Origin: a virus
Length of the DNA stretch: 64,000 nt
Strand: one strand, 5' to 3'
Virus record (IMG/VR): IMGVR_UViG_3300046323_000673
Coordinates: 19,861-83,860 of that record
The notes under the pieces are model-generated. The model was not told the origin of the DNA. It did not search any database and was given only the letters and a program-made list of their open reading frames with translations. Shown here in pieces: positions 55,439-64,000 of the stretch. The first letter of the stretch is position 1. Each line of letters begins with the position of its first letter. The position numbers were made by a program, and so were the translations under genes.

Positions 55439-57058
55439 ATGGGACACGATAAAGGGTTGGATGGTTTCTTGGGTGCATCGAGTAAGTCGCCGAAATTGGG
55501 CGGTGTATTCCTTGGCAGTTGGAAAAAGAACATCGACGAACAGCACGGCAAACTCACAATTTGGTTGCCGACTGAGTGCATGCCTTTTTCATTTTGGGCG
55601 CATCCGATGCAGGCGGTGATTGAGTCTCAGGGCAAGCTGAAGGTCGTTCCGCGCATGTTTGGTTGTCACGAGGCGACGATCATGAAGCAGATCAAAAAGG
55701 ATCAAGTCGTCAGTGCTGCGTTGCAACGTTGGCGGCACGATAATGGGGAAGCCGAGCACAAGCCCGAATTGTGCCCGCAATGCATCTTGACTGATGTTGT
55801 TGCGCGAATGGTCGACAAGGGAGAGCTTGGATTCACCGAGATCGTTTTCGAGTGGGTCGGAACTGATAGCACTGTCGAGATCATGGCGGGTGGTATCGCA
55901 GGCACGTTTCGTAAGAAGTTTGCGAATTTGACACGTGATCAACAAGTCGCAATGCGCAAGGCGGGCGTTCGTGAGAAGGACGCGTATAAGCACGATATGA
56001 GGACGAACATGAAGTTTTTCTTCGTTATTGCTGACGACGGGAATCCGGACAAGGGTTTACTGACAACATCGGAAAGCGAAGGATTTGGTGATAAGGTCAA
56101 GGCCGCGATCCTTGCTGAGAAGCTAAAGGTTGCCGAGCAAAACAAGTTCACGGATGCGAATGACCCGCGATTGAATGCATCGCCGTTGCGTGAGAAATGG
56201 GACCCGTCTTTAAATCCGTATCCATTCGTTTGGCTATACGACGACACACAAGATGTTCCCGCTAATAAAGCAAAGGTTGTCGCAATGAATGGGACAGAGA
56301 TTCCCGCGGCAATTCGTGAACTCATATTCGATACGGAGTTGCCCGATCTGCTTGCGATTGAACCGGCGATTGAACCGGGTAATTGCTACGAATTGCGCGC
56401 TGAATGGGAAGCGCATTGCAAGGTGCAGCTCCCGTGGGATGAAATCTTTGGACCGGCGGAAGCGGCGGGGCTCATGCATCCACCGGGCGAGAGCAAGGAA
56501 GAGCGCACACCCGAAGTCACGACGAAAGCAGCGGCAACGGGACAGCAAGTCAAGCTTCCTGCATCGGGTGCGATCTGTATTGGCGACGATCATATCGTTT
56601 GGAAAAACAAGGCATTCAAGCCCGGTCCCGAGTTTAAGGGGCGTGAGGTGCACTTGTTGGCCCCTGAAGGTGCAACTGATGCCGACGTTTCGCGTGCGAT
56701 TGCTGCATTCAAAACGGTCGCGAAGGAAGTAGCTGAGATCGTTTCGTGTGAGCATTGCGGTGCGCAAATGACGACGTTCGATCCGTCGTGCCCGAAGTGC
56801 GGCGCCGAGTACAGCGACGAAGGTGTGTTGATGTCGCGACCATGCGTGAAGGAAGGGTGCGGGGCGCAAGTACCGCTCGTGAAGCCGGGCGGGTGGCAAG
56901 AGGGCGATCCCCTTGCCTATATCTGCGCAAAGTGCGCGACGGTGCATGTTCTTGAAGAGAACGATCAAAGCGTCGAATGGAAAGCGCAACCCGCACCCGC
57001 GCCAGTTGCAGGGGCTTCCCGTCGTCGTCGTGGCGGTTCGGGCACCACGTTTCCTTGA
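55439..57058 (+). CDS. putative ssDNA-binding protein with C-terminal zinc ribbons
   Basis: H..C...CPQC motif, context before recA; CEHC..CPKC, CVKEGC..CAKC. Confidence 0.5.
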   Translation: MGHDKGLDGFLGASSKSPKLGGVFLGSWKKNIDEQHGKLTIWLPTECMPFSFWAHPMQAVIESQGKLKVVPRMFGCHEATIMKQIKKDQVVSAALQRWRHDNGEAEHKPELCPQCILTDVVARMVDKGELGFTEIVFEWVGTDSTVEIMAGGIAGTFRKKFANLTRDQQVAMRKAGVREKDAYKHDMRTNMKFFFVIADDGNPDKGLLTTSESEGFGDKVKAAILAEKLKVAEQNKFTDANDPRLNASPLREKWDPSLNPYPFVWLYDDTQDVPANKAKVVAMNGTEIPAAIRELIFDTELPDLLAIEPAIEPGNCYELRAEWEAHCKVQLPWDEIFGPAEAAGLMHPPGESKEERTPEVTTKAAATGQQVKLPASGAICIGDDHIVWKNKAFKPGPEFKGREVHLLAPEGATDADVSRAIAAFKTVAKEVAEIVSCEHCGAQMTTFDPSCPKCGAEYSDEGVLMSRPCVKEGCGAQVPLVKPGGWQEGDPLAYICAKCATVHVLEENDQSVEWKAQPAPAPVAGASRRRRGGSGTTFP

Positions 57059-57073
57059 TTGAGGTAACCAATC

Positions 57074-58366
57074 GTGAGAACTGTCAACAATGGCGCGGAT
57101 CTAGTCGCGTCGATGGTAAACAACGCAAGCGCTGCGCGTAAAACCGCGGCGCTTGGCGCCTGTCTTGACGAAATTGGACTTTCGCAAGCGGCTGATGTGC
57201 TCCGTTCGGTTCGGGCAGTACCGACGATCTTTCCGTGGGTAGACACGACAATCGGTGTTGGCGGTTGGCCTACAGATCGATTTTCAATTGTGCACGGCCC
57301 AAGCAATATGGGCAAAACCGCGTTTGTAATCGGACAATGCTTGTCGTTCGTGCAGGTTGGTCATCCCGCATTGTTTCTCGATGCTGAAACGACGACGGCG
57401 AACAGTGGCGATTGGGTGCATTCTCTTATGGGCGAATGTACGAAGTCACCATTGTTTCGATTGGAAAAACCAAAAAGCTACGAGAAGATTGTCGAACTTA
57501 CGCGTAAGTTCTGCAATGCAATCGGCGACTTGAAAGCGAAAGGGAAAGTCGATCAAGACACGACGGGGATCGTCGTGCTCGATTCGATTCGCAAAGCGAT
57601 ACCGACGAAGCTTCTTGATCAATTGATTCGCGAGTTCTCGGATGGTGCCAAGCCGGGCAAGAACGACCGCAACGGTATTGACGGTGCGGGCGGTAGGGCG
57701 AATCAGATCAAGGCGGCATTGAATGCGCAATGGGCTGACGAACTGACAGCGTTGCTTGACCAGACAGGCACATGCTTGATCGCCATTGCACGCGAATATC
57801 AAAACACCGACCAGTCGCAATACGCGCAAGCGTATAAATTGGGCGGCGGTGATGGGATCATATTCGAGGCAAGCGTTCGGGCGCGCATTACGGAAAGCAA
57901 GCGATACGCTGACGACGAACACCGACTATTTGCAACTGAGCATTCCGTCGAGATCTTGAAAACGAAGGTTGCGGGCAAGGAAGAAAGGTTTCCGCGGGCG
58001 TTTTTCCACCTCGCATCGGGCAACGAAGAAGGCGTGCAGTATGGGTTTGACCGGGCAAGGGACGTGCTTTACCTTGCGAGGCACTTGGGGATCATCGGCA
58101 GTGGCGCGTGGTATCCGTTTGAGGGTGAGAACCTTGGACAGGGCGAAACAAACGCGTTGAAAACATTGCGGGCGAATCCTACATTGATGCAGAAGATCGA
58201 AACGAAATGCCGATTCGCGAAGATGCCTCAAGACGCACAGGTCGAAGCGGTTGGGCAGAACGGGGCAGTGGTTGTGCAGGAAGGGCCCAAGACGGAACCT
58301 TCCCCGTCGAAGGTAGCAGCGGCGCCCCGTAAGCGTGCAGCAGCCGGGAAGGCGGCGAAGAAGTGA
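57074..58366 (+). CDS. recA: RecA/UvsX-like recombinase
   Basis: GVGGWP..R..IVHGPSNMGKT, FLDAE, VVLDSI, GGDGIIFEASVR, KTKV, LGQG. Confidence 0.9.
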   Translation: MRTVNNGADLVASMVNNASAARKTAALGACLDEIGLSQAADVLRSVRAVPTIFPWVDTTIGVGGWPTDRFSIVHGPSNMGKTAFVIGQCLSFVQVGHPALFLDAETTTANSGDWVHSLMGECTKSPLFRLEKPKSYEKIVELTRKFCNAIGDLKAKGKVDQDTTGIVVLDSIRKAIPTKLLDQLIREFSDGAKPGKNDRNGIDGAGGRANQIKAALNAQWADELTALLDQTGTCLIAIAREYQNTDQSQYAQAYKLGGGDGIIFEASVRARITESKRYADDEHRLFATEHSVEILKTKVAGKEERFPRAFFHLASGNEEGVQYGFDRARDVLYLARHLGIIGSGAWYPFEGENLGQGETNALKTLRANPTLMQKIETKCRFAKMPQDAQVEAVGQNGAVVVQEGPKTEPSPSKVAAAPRKRAAAGKAAKK

Positions 58367-58500
58367 ACTTGGAACAGTTCATAAATTCGTTTCTGTACAA
58401 CGCAGCAGTAGATGCGCTTGGTAGAAACGATTTGAATATCGATCAACAACAGGCAATTGATCGATTCTTTGATTGGTATTGGCGAGGTGCACGAACGTGA
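58363..58500 (+). CDS. 45-aa hypothetical protein (below ORF-track cutoff)
   Basis: GTGA overlaps at both ends bridge recA and sbcD. Confidence 0.5.
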   Translation: MNLEQFINSFLYNAAVDALGRNDLNIDQQQAIDRFFDWYWRGART

Positions 58501-59252
58501 AGATCTTAGTTACCGGTGATTGGCACCTTGACGCACGCACGGCGGGCTTCGACAGGTTCGAGGATCTCCGGGCGGCGGTATCTTGGACAGTGGATATCGC
58601 GGATAGAGAGCACGTGGATCTCTACGTGATGCTTGGTGATCTTTGCGATCCTGATACGACGCGATCTCACCGTTCAATCGGGCTTGCTTGCGAGACGGCG
58701 GCAAACCTTGCGGACCGCGGGATTGCGCAGGTGTGGATCTCCGGCAACCACGACGTGATCGAGGACGGGTCGGGTAGCACGACGATGGCGGCGCTTGCGG
58801 GCTGGTCCGGCTTGCGCCGTTTTCGTTCCGATAAGAATCAGTTCGCGCGCATGTTCCAAGTCGCGGAAACTCCCATGCATATCCCGCGATTCATGGGCAC
58901 GACCAATGACGTGATTCTGTTCCCATTCACTGCGCGAGTGAACGCATACGATCCGGTTCAATTCGTTGAACGAACATCACTTTCGCAGGGGTGCACGAAA
59001 GTGCTCGTGTTCGGGCACTTGAACGTGATTGGCGCGGATGATGGGAGCGAAACGGAAGACTTTCCCCGCGGGCGTGAGGTCGTGTTTCCGACTGACACAT
59101 TGCTCGCGAAGTGGGGTGATCTTTGCTTTCTTTCCAATGGGCACTACCATCGCCGGCAAGTCGTGCGTGGTGTTCGAATGCCGGGTGCGCTTGGTCGACT
59201 CGGGTTTGGTGAAGTTGGGAATCCGGCGGGTGTGTTGATTGTCGAGGTGTGA
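58497..59252 (+). CDS. sbcD: SbcD/Mre11-like metallophosphoesterase nuclease
   Basis: GDWH, GDLCD, GNHD, GH, GHYH. Confidence 0.85.
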   Translation: MKILVTGDWHLDARTAGFDRFEDLRAAVSWTVDIADREHVDLYVMLGDLCDPDTTRSHRSIGLACETAANLADRGIAQVWISGNHDVIEDGSGSTTMAALAGWSGLRRFRSDKNQFARMFQVAETPMHIPRFMGTTNDVILFPFTARVNAYDPVQFVERTSLSQGCTKVLVFGHLNVIGADDGSETEDFPRGREVVFPTDTLLAKWGDLCFLSNGHYHRRQVVRGVRMPGALGRLGFGEVGNPAGVLIVEV

Positions 59253-59277
59253 AGATGCGCATGATGTCCCTCGAGGG

Positions 59278-61743
59278 ATGAACATGCGCACTCGAAAAGA
59301 AGCAGCAGCAAAAACAGAACCCTTGCCGGAACAATCTGGCAAGGGTTCTTTCGTTTCAACGGTTCACGAATTCGATCACGGGGAATCGCGACCCCTTATT
59401 GATATCGATGAAGATAGTCGAATTTGGGAACTTGGTGACGGAATTGGTGAATCGTGGATGTCGGGGGCGATCGTTCGTCTTTGCCCCCCTGCATCAGTAA
59501 CGGATGCACGGCTCGCACGAATTGAGCAAACGATACGAGAAGCGGGCGCGGTGAGTGTGAAGGTCGTGCGGCGCGAGGTTGCTGTGTTGGGCATGGGTGG
59601 CAAGGTGGAAAGGGTCGAAGCAATGCAGGACGTACGAAGTCATCGGGAAGTGGTCGAAGCGAAGCTGCAATCGGTGAAGACCGACAACCCCGACGAACTG
59701 CGCGCGATCGTATTGCGTGCATTGGAGGAAGGGGCAAAGCAATCCAAACCGACGATCAAGCCGCGTGGGAATGGACCGATTTACATCACGTCGATTCGCT
59801 TGATGAATTGGCAACGATTCCAAGGTCCGCATGTAGTGAACCTCGATCAATCGGTTTATGCGATCACCGCTGAACATGAAGAGAACCCCGGCCGATCGAA
59901 TTGGCTCGGCAAGTCGAGCCTGCTAGGGACCATCCCGTTCGCCCTTTACGGATGGCACACACGACCACGGGAAGACGCTTGGATAAGCGACGAAGAGAGC
60001 GAGGGCGGGGTTGCGTTGACGTTATCGGACGGGTGCGTGATTCAGCGTAAGCGCGCGCGTGGCAAGTCGACCAAGCTCGTGTTGAAGCGACCTGACGGAT
60101 CGCAATCGTTCGACGATGAAGCGCAACGGGAGATTATCGAACGTGTGGGTTTGACCGAAGCTGACTTCTTCAGCACGAGCTTCTTCGTGCAAAAGAGCAT
60201 TGGGCAGTTCGTCACAATGCAGCCCGCGAAACGGCAAGAGTTGATCTCGGGATGGCTTGCGCTTGGACCCTTGCGTGCGGCGGAAGAGTGGGCGCGGGAT
60301 ATGCTCGATCAATCGGCGGGGCAGGAAATGAAGCAGCGCGAACGCCTTACGCAATGGGAACAGGAGGCGAAGCGTATTGAAGAACAATGGGGTCGCGATG
60401 TTGAGCAATCGATCACGAATCACATCGCGGGAATGGAAGCGAAGCTGAAGGAAGCGCAAGAGCAGGCGTCGGTGATTCGTGCGCAGAACCAAGCGGCTGA
60501 ACATGTGGATCATCGTCGAAGTGCAATTGAACGAGCACGATTGACGAGCGCTCGTGCTGCATCCGAGCTTGCGACGGCGGAAGCGGCGATGCAGGGGATC
60601 GATCGGCTCGCATTGCAATCGTCACTTGATCGGGCAACGGAAGAGCACTCGCGTGCAAATGTTGAATGGCATAAAACAACGGGCGAAGCAGACACACGAC
60701 GGCGTTTTCTTGTTTCTGGATTTAATGGAAAGTGCCCCGTTGCGCAGATTGAATGCCCAGCAAAGGACGCAATTAACTCGCGACGGGAAGAAGCCGATGC
60801 GCAGTATCAAACGGCGGAACGAGCGCGAATTGCAGCGGCTAAACGACAAGAAACGACGAACGATCACAAGCGCGATGCTGAATTGTTGATATCGTCGGCG
60901 AATCAAAAGTCGAACGCGTTCCGTGAAGCAATACGTGCGTTTGATGCAGCCAAGAAGGCAGAAGATTCGCTCGGGGCAATGCCCGAAGTGATGCCATTGT
61001 TGGGCACCACTGAAGAATTCGATGCAAACGTTCGGCAATACGCACGGGATATCGAGCAAGCCCGGACGGCACTTGTTCAGCATCAGGCGGCTATTAAACA
61101 GCTTGAAGGGGCAAAACACGCAGCAGAGCAGGTGGCAAAGGAAAGCGCGCTCTACGGGGCAGTTGCTCGGCTTCTAGGGCGTGGTGAAGGTGGGGCTCAA
61201 AAGGATATCGCGGCGGGTGCGCTTGCCGTGATTGAAGCAAGCACGAATCAAAGTCTTGCTGAATCGGGCGTTGAATTGTCTGTATCGTTGAAATGGGGAA
61301 CGGAGAGCACGACGGAACTCGCGACGTATTGCAGTGGGTGCGGCGCTAGCTTCCCGGCGAGCAAACGGGTGAAGAACTGCGCAAGGTGCAATGCGGTGCG
61401 CGGGCCCAAGGTTGACGAAAAGATTGACTTTGCGCTTTCGGATCGCAGTGGCGCGGCTGAAGATCTTGCCGGGTTTCATTTGCAGGTTGCGGCGGCGGCA
61501 TGGCTCTATGGTCAACGCGGCGTTCCGTGGCGTGTGATTGCCGTGGACGAACCGTTTGGCGCGCTTGACGAGGCACATCGCAAGTCGATGGGCGTGCACG
61601 TAGCGAGGCTATTGAAGTCGAGGTATGCGTTCGAGCAAGCGTTCGTGATTGCGCACGATACAAGCAGCACTGATGCAATGCCGGGACGTATTCGGGTGAT
61701 TGCGGGTTCGGGTGGTTGGTCGAGGGTGGAGGTGGAATCGTGA
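59278..61743 (+). CDS. sbcC: SbcC/Rad50-like ATPase with N-terminal extension
   Basis: SIRLMNWQRF, SNWLGKSS, FFVQ, long coiled coil with central CPV..C, SGA, VDEPFGALD, IAH. Confidence 0.85.
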   Translation: MNMRTRKEAAAKTEPLPEQSGKGSFVSTVHEFDHGESRPLIDIDEDSRIWELGDGIGESWMSGAIVRLCPPASVTDARLARIEQTIREAGAVSVKVVRREVAVLGMGGKVERVEAMQDVRSHREVVEAKLQSVKTDNPDELRAIVLRALEEGAKQSKPTIKPRGNGPIYITSIRLMNWQRFQGPHVVNLDQSVYAITAEHEENPGRSNWLGKSSLLGTIPFALYGWHTRPREDAWISDEESEGGVALTLSDGCVIQRKRARGKSTKLVLKRPDGSQSFDDEAQREIIERVGLTEADFFSTSFFVQKSIGQFVTMQPAKRQELISGWLALGPLRAAEEWARDMLDQSAGQEMKQRERLTQWEQEAKRIEEQWGRDVEQSITNHIAGMEAKLKEAQEQASVIRAQNQAAEHVDHRRSAIERARLTSARAASELATAEAAMQGIDRLALQSSLDRATEEHSRANVEWHKTTGEADTRRRFLVSGFNGKCPVAQIECPAKDAINSRREEADAQYQTAERARIAAAKRQETTNDHKRDAELLISSANQKSNAFREAIRAFDAAKKAEDSLGAMPEVMPLLGTTEEFDANVRQYARDIEQARTALVQHQAAIKQLEGAKHAAEQVAKESALYGAVARLLGRGEGGAQKDIAAGALAVIEASTNQSLAESGVELSVSLKWGTESTTELATYCSGCGASFPASKRVKNCARCNAVRGPKVDEKIDFALSDRSGAAEDLAGFHLQVAAAAWLYGQRGVPWRVIAVDEPFGALDEAHRKSMGVHVARLLKSRYAFEQAFVIAHDTSSTDAMPGRIRVIAGSGGWSRVEVES

Positions 61744-61922
61744 GTGAAATGTTAAATCGAAAGTTTCCAAAATTGGACGAACCCGCTCGCGAAATCGTTT
61801 ATCGGGCATTGATGGCAGTTACGACAAATGACGATGAACATTGGAAGTCGGGTCGTGATTATGTTCACGATGGTGCTGATGAATGGTTGAAGGAGATCAA
61901 ACAAGATAACAGCAAGCCATGA
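61740..61922 (+). CDS. small hypothetical protein
   Basis: Overlap-coupled at both ends, GGAGG RBS. Confidence 0.55.
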   Translation: MSEMLNRKFPKLDEPAREIVYRALMAVTTNDDEHWKSGRDYVHDGADEWLKEIKQDNSKP

Positions 61923-62539
61923 GAACACGACATAGCCCAACGTCAACCGTTCTCGCGCTTGACCCCGGTCTTGCACACGTGGGGTATATCCTTGCTCGTA
62001 TTTGGCGCGGGCAAGGATTCCAGTGTTCCCCATGGGATATCGAGGTTGTCGAGGCGGGGTTATGGATCGCGCCACTCCCCGATATCGACGAACGAGTTCT
62101 CGACGCAATCGACGACACGACGAATCGGGCGATGTTCCAATTGGGCAATGTGCTCGCGAAGTACACGCAGGAAGGCGCCTCCGTCATCGTCGCGGAAAAG
62201 ATCTCACACCCTCGTGACGCATCGACGGCGATCCAAGTCACCGCGTTTTGGGCGATGCTCACCTACGCATTGAAGCAGCAGGCGATTCCGTTCGTGGCAC
62301 TTCGGCCGCAAGATATTCGCACGACGTTGGGTCTTCCCAAGACCAAGGCGACGATGACTCGGAATGATAAGAAGAAGCTCGTGACGGACGAAATCGAACG
62401 CAGGTATGGGCAGCCCAAGCTGAAGACGCTCTTGAGGCATCTGACGCGCAAGGAAGACCGTTCGCACCCACTTGATGCGCTTGCTAGCTTCACCGCGGCG
62501 ATGATCAAACAGTTCGGTACGGACTGCACGTTTCGGTGA
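61919..62539 (+). CDS. ruvC: RuvC-like Holliday junction resolvase
   Basis: VLALDPGLAHVG, IVAE, P..IR, H..DALA. Confidence 0.8.
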   Translation: MRTRHSPTSTVLALDPGLAHVGYILARIWRGQGFQCSPWDIEVVEAGLWIAPLPDIDERVLDAIDDTTNRAMFQLGNVLAKYTQEGASVIVAEKISHPRDASTAIQVTAFWAMLTYALKQQAIPFVALRPQDIRTTLGLPKTKATMTRNDKKKLVTDEIERRYGQPKLKTLLRHLTRKEDRSHPLDALASFTAAMIKQFGTDCTFR

Positions 62540-62561
62540 CGATCATCTATGTTGCTCGATG

Positions 62562-62591
62562 AAATCCAATTGGATCGATCCAATTGGATTT
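62562..62591. repeat. 30-bp palindrome copy 18 (exact; extends to 38 bp)
   Basis: GATG...CATC flanks; intergenic. Confidence 0.97.
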
Positions 62592-62644
62592 CATCAATTG
62601 GCAACGCGCCTAACGTGTGGTCATCTCGGGGCGTGGCTGAATTC

Positions 62645-62977
62645 ATGGCGATTGGAACGGTGATCGCGAGCATCGGGGGCACACTTGCCGCGATCGCGAA
62701 GGATCGTTCCGATCGTTCGGCGATCGTGAAGGACTTGGGCGAGCTCAAAACGCAAGTCCAGGACCTCATCGATGCAGTCGAGCGGGTGAAGGCGCGGCTG
62801 AAGGGGCAAGGTCCCGACGCGGCTGTTGTCGCAATCCAACGGCAACTGGAGTCGTTCGATGCAAGGATCGACAAGCTCGCGGCGCGCATTGATGAACGTG
62901 ATGAGCAGCGGGTATCGCTTCAACGCGAGCTTGGGGCTATTGGGGCAAAGATTGAAATCTTGTTGGCGGCGAAGTGA
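62645..62977 (+). CDS. small coiled-coil protein with hydrophobic N-terminus
   Basis: ORF after palindrome 18. Confidence 0.55.
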   Translation: MAIGTVIASIGGTLAAIAKDRSDRSAIVKDLGELKTQVQDLIDAVERVKARLKGQGPDAAVVAIQRQLESFDARIDKLAARIDERDEQRVSLQRELGAIGAKIEILLAAK

Positions 62978-63146
62978 GGATGGTCATGGGCGAGAAACCC
63001 AAGCAAGCGCAGCAGTGTGATCAGTATGGCGGGGCGATTGTCGAGGCAAAGCGTTTGAATGAACGGCTCGACGAATTGATGAGAAAACGAAGGTTGGCGC
63101 CTGCATCGGTGAGAAGTTGTCAAGCTGGTGAGAAGTTGCCAAGCAG

Positions 63147-63365
63147 CTAGCGCGGCGGGAACTCGAGATCGTCGAGTTTGTTTTTGATTGAGCGGCTTGC
63201 ATCGCGTTGCGTGTCGGTCACGTGCTGTTCAAGGGCTCCCAAACGAAGCAGAATGAACAGCACTGCAACAATCAAACAACCGCCAATGATCGCGACGGTG
63301 ACGGTTAGCGCGAGAATTCGCTCGATGAGTTCGGCGATAAGCTTTTGCTGTTCATCGTTCCCCAT
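63147..63365 (-). CDS. small single-TM membrane protein
   Basis: ILALTVTVAIIGGCLIVAVLFILL. Confidence 0.5.
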   Translation of the reverse strand: MGNDEQQKLIAELIERILALTVTVAIIGGCLIVAVLFILLRLGALEQHVTDTQRDASRSIKNKLDDLEFPPR

Positions 63366-63952
63366 AGAACGCGAGCATGCAGGACAATCAGCGCAACGTA
63401 CAGCACGCAATAAACGATCACGGCGGGCCACCAATGCCCCTTGACGAGATGACCAACCATCGCGGCTGTACCCTCCCCGATTGCGCATAAAAACGCGGCG
63501 GTTTCAAAGGGTGACAGTTTGGTCGGGACGCGCGCTAAAACGAACAGGGCGAGACCAATTGCGCATACGCCATCGAATGCAGCGACGGCTTGCGCAACGA
63601 TTACGATTCGCCCGTTCGCGAATAGGTACGGGATGCACCCGAGTGCGGTGATGAGCAGGCCGGCGAAGACGAACACCCACCCCGCCATCTTTCGTTTATT
63701 GAAGGCCCAAAGCAGGACGAACGCCGTTCCTATCGGCCAAACCATGAAGAGCGTGCGGCTCGTGAAAACGTCGAGTGCAAGGGTGGGAGTTTCGCCCAAG
63801 CGATGACGGACGATGTTTGCGCAGATGGTCGCGAATAACAGGGCGGGAATCGGCGCAAATGGTTCGTCTTGTTCAAGGCGAACCACAGCTACAATCACGC
63901 TCGATATGAACGCGATTGTGAGTAGGGTGTATGCGATTTGGAGTAACTGCAT
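63305..63952 (-). CDS. multi-pass membrane protein
   Basis: 215 aa with about 7 hydrophobic segments. Confidence 0.65.
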   Translation of the reverse strand: MQLLQIAYTLLTIAFISSVIVAVVRLEQDEPFAPIPALLFATICANIVRHRLGETPTLALDVFTSRTLFMVWPIGTAFVLLWAFNKRKMAGWVFVFAGLLITALGCIPYLFANGRIVIVAQAVAAFDGVCAIGLALFVLARVPTKLSPFETAAFLCAIGEGTAAMVGHLVKGHWWPAVIVYCVLYVALIVLHARVLWGTMNSKSLSPNSSSEFSR

Positions 63953-64000
63953 GTATGCATCATGCAGGCGTGGGCGGGGTTTATAGAAGGGGCTTTATTG

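Noticed and set aside
2617-62591. Palindromes as a CRISPR array
   Set aside because: Copies are 1-8 kb apart with whole genes between them; no regular spacers and no cas genes
2617-62591. Palindromes as adapter or assembly artefact
   Set aside because: Not an adapter I recognise; copies respect gene boundaries, carry point variants and have conserved flanks. A read-level check is still advisable
2617-62591. Palindromes as rho-independent terminators or a protelomerase telRL site
   Set aside because: Most lie at gene starts or divergent junctions with only 3-4 T; telRL is single-copy and no protelomerase was recognised
1-64000. tRNA, rRNA, reverse transcriptase/DGR or integron integrase
   Set aside because: No such motifs recognised by eye; tRNAscan and HMM searches were not run

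Overview
The window is most of the genome of a GC-rich contractile-tailed phage or prophage, with no recognisable host housekeeping genes. From 3.8 to 33.4 kb it holds a + strand virion module: portal, Mu-F/gp7-like head protein, scaffold, major capsid, neck, sheath, tube, chaperone with a -1 slippery site, tape measure, LysM protein, hub, spike and wedge/J proteins. A 3.34 kb IS1-family element with passenger genes and an 8-bp target duplication follows (33546-36885). Next comes an early/ori-like region (38.5-42.5 kb). From 42.5 to 62.5 kb is a replication-recombination module: SF2 helicase, DnaB, DnaG, sigma-like protein, PolB, SSB-like protein, RecA, SbcD/SbcC and RuvC. The outstanding signal is a perfect 30-bp nested palindrome, AAATCCAATTGGATCGATCCAATTGGATTT, present 18 times (14 exact, 4 variants), 17 of them intergenic. 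On one or both sides it is often followed after 7-8 bp by a -10-like hexamer, frequently with a leaderless start codon. It repeatedly separates a structural gene from small antisense genes interleaved in the virion operon. This suggests a genome-wide, bidirectional, palindrome-based promoter/operator or cassette system. Product calls come from motif recognition and synteny only; no database searches were run.
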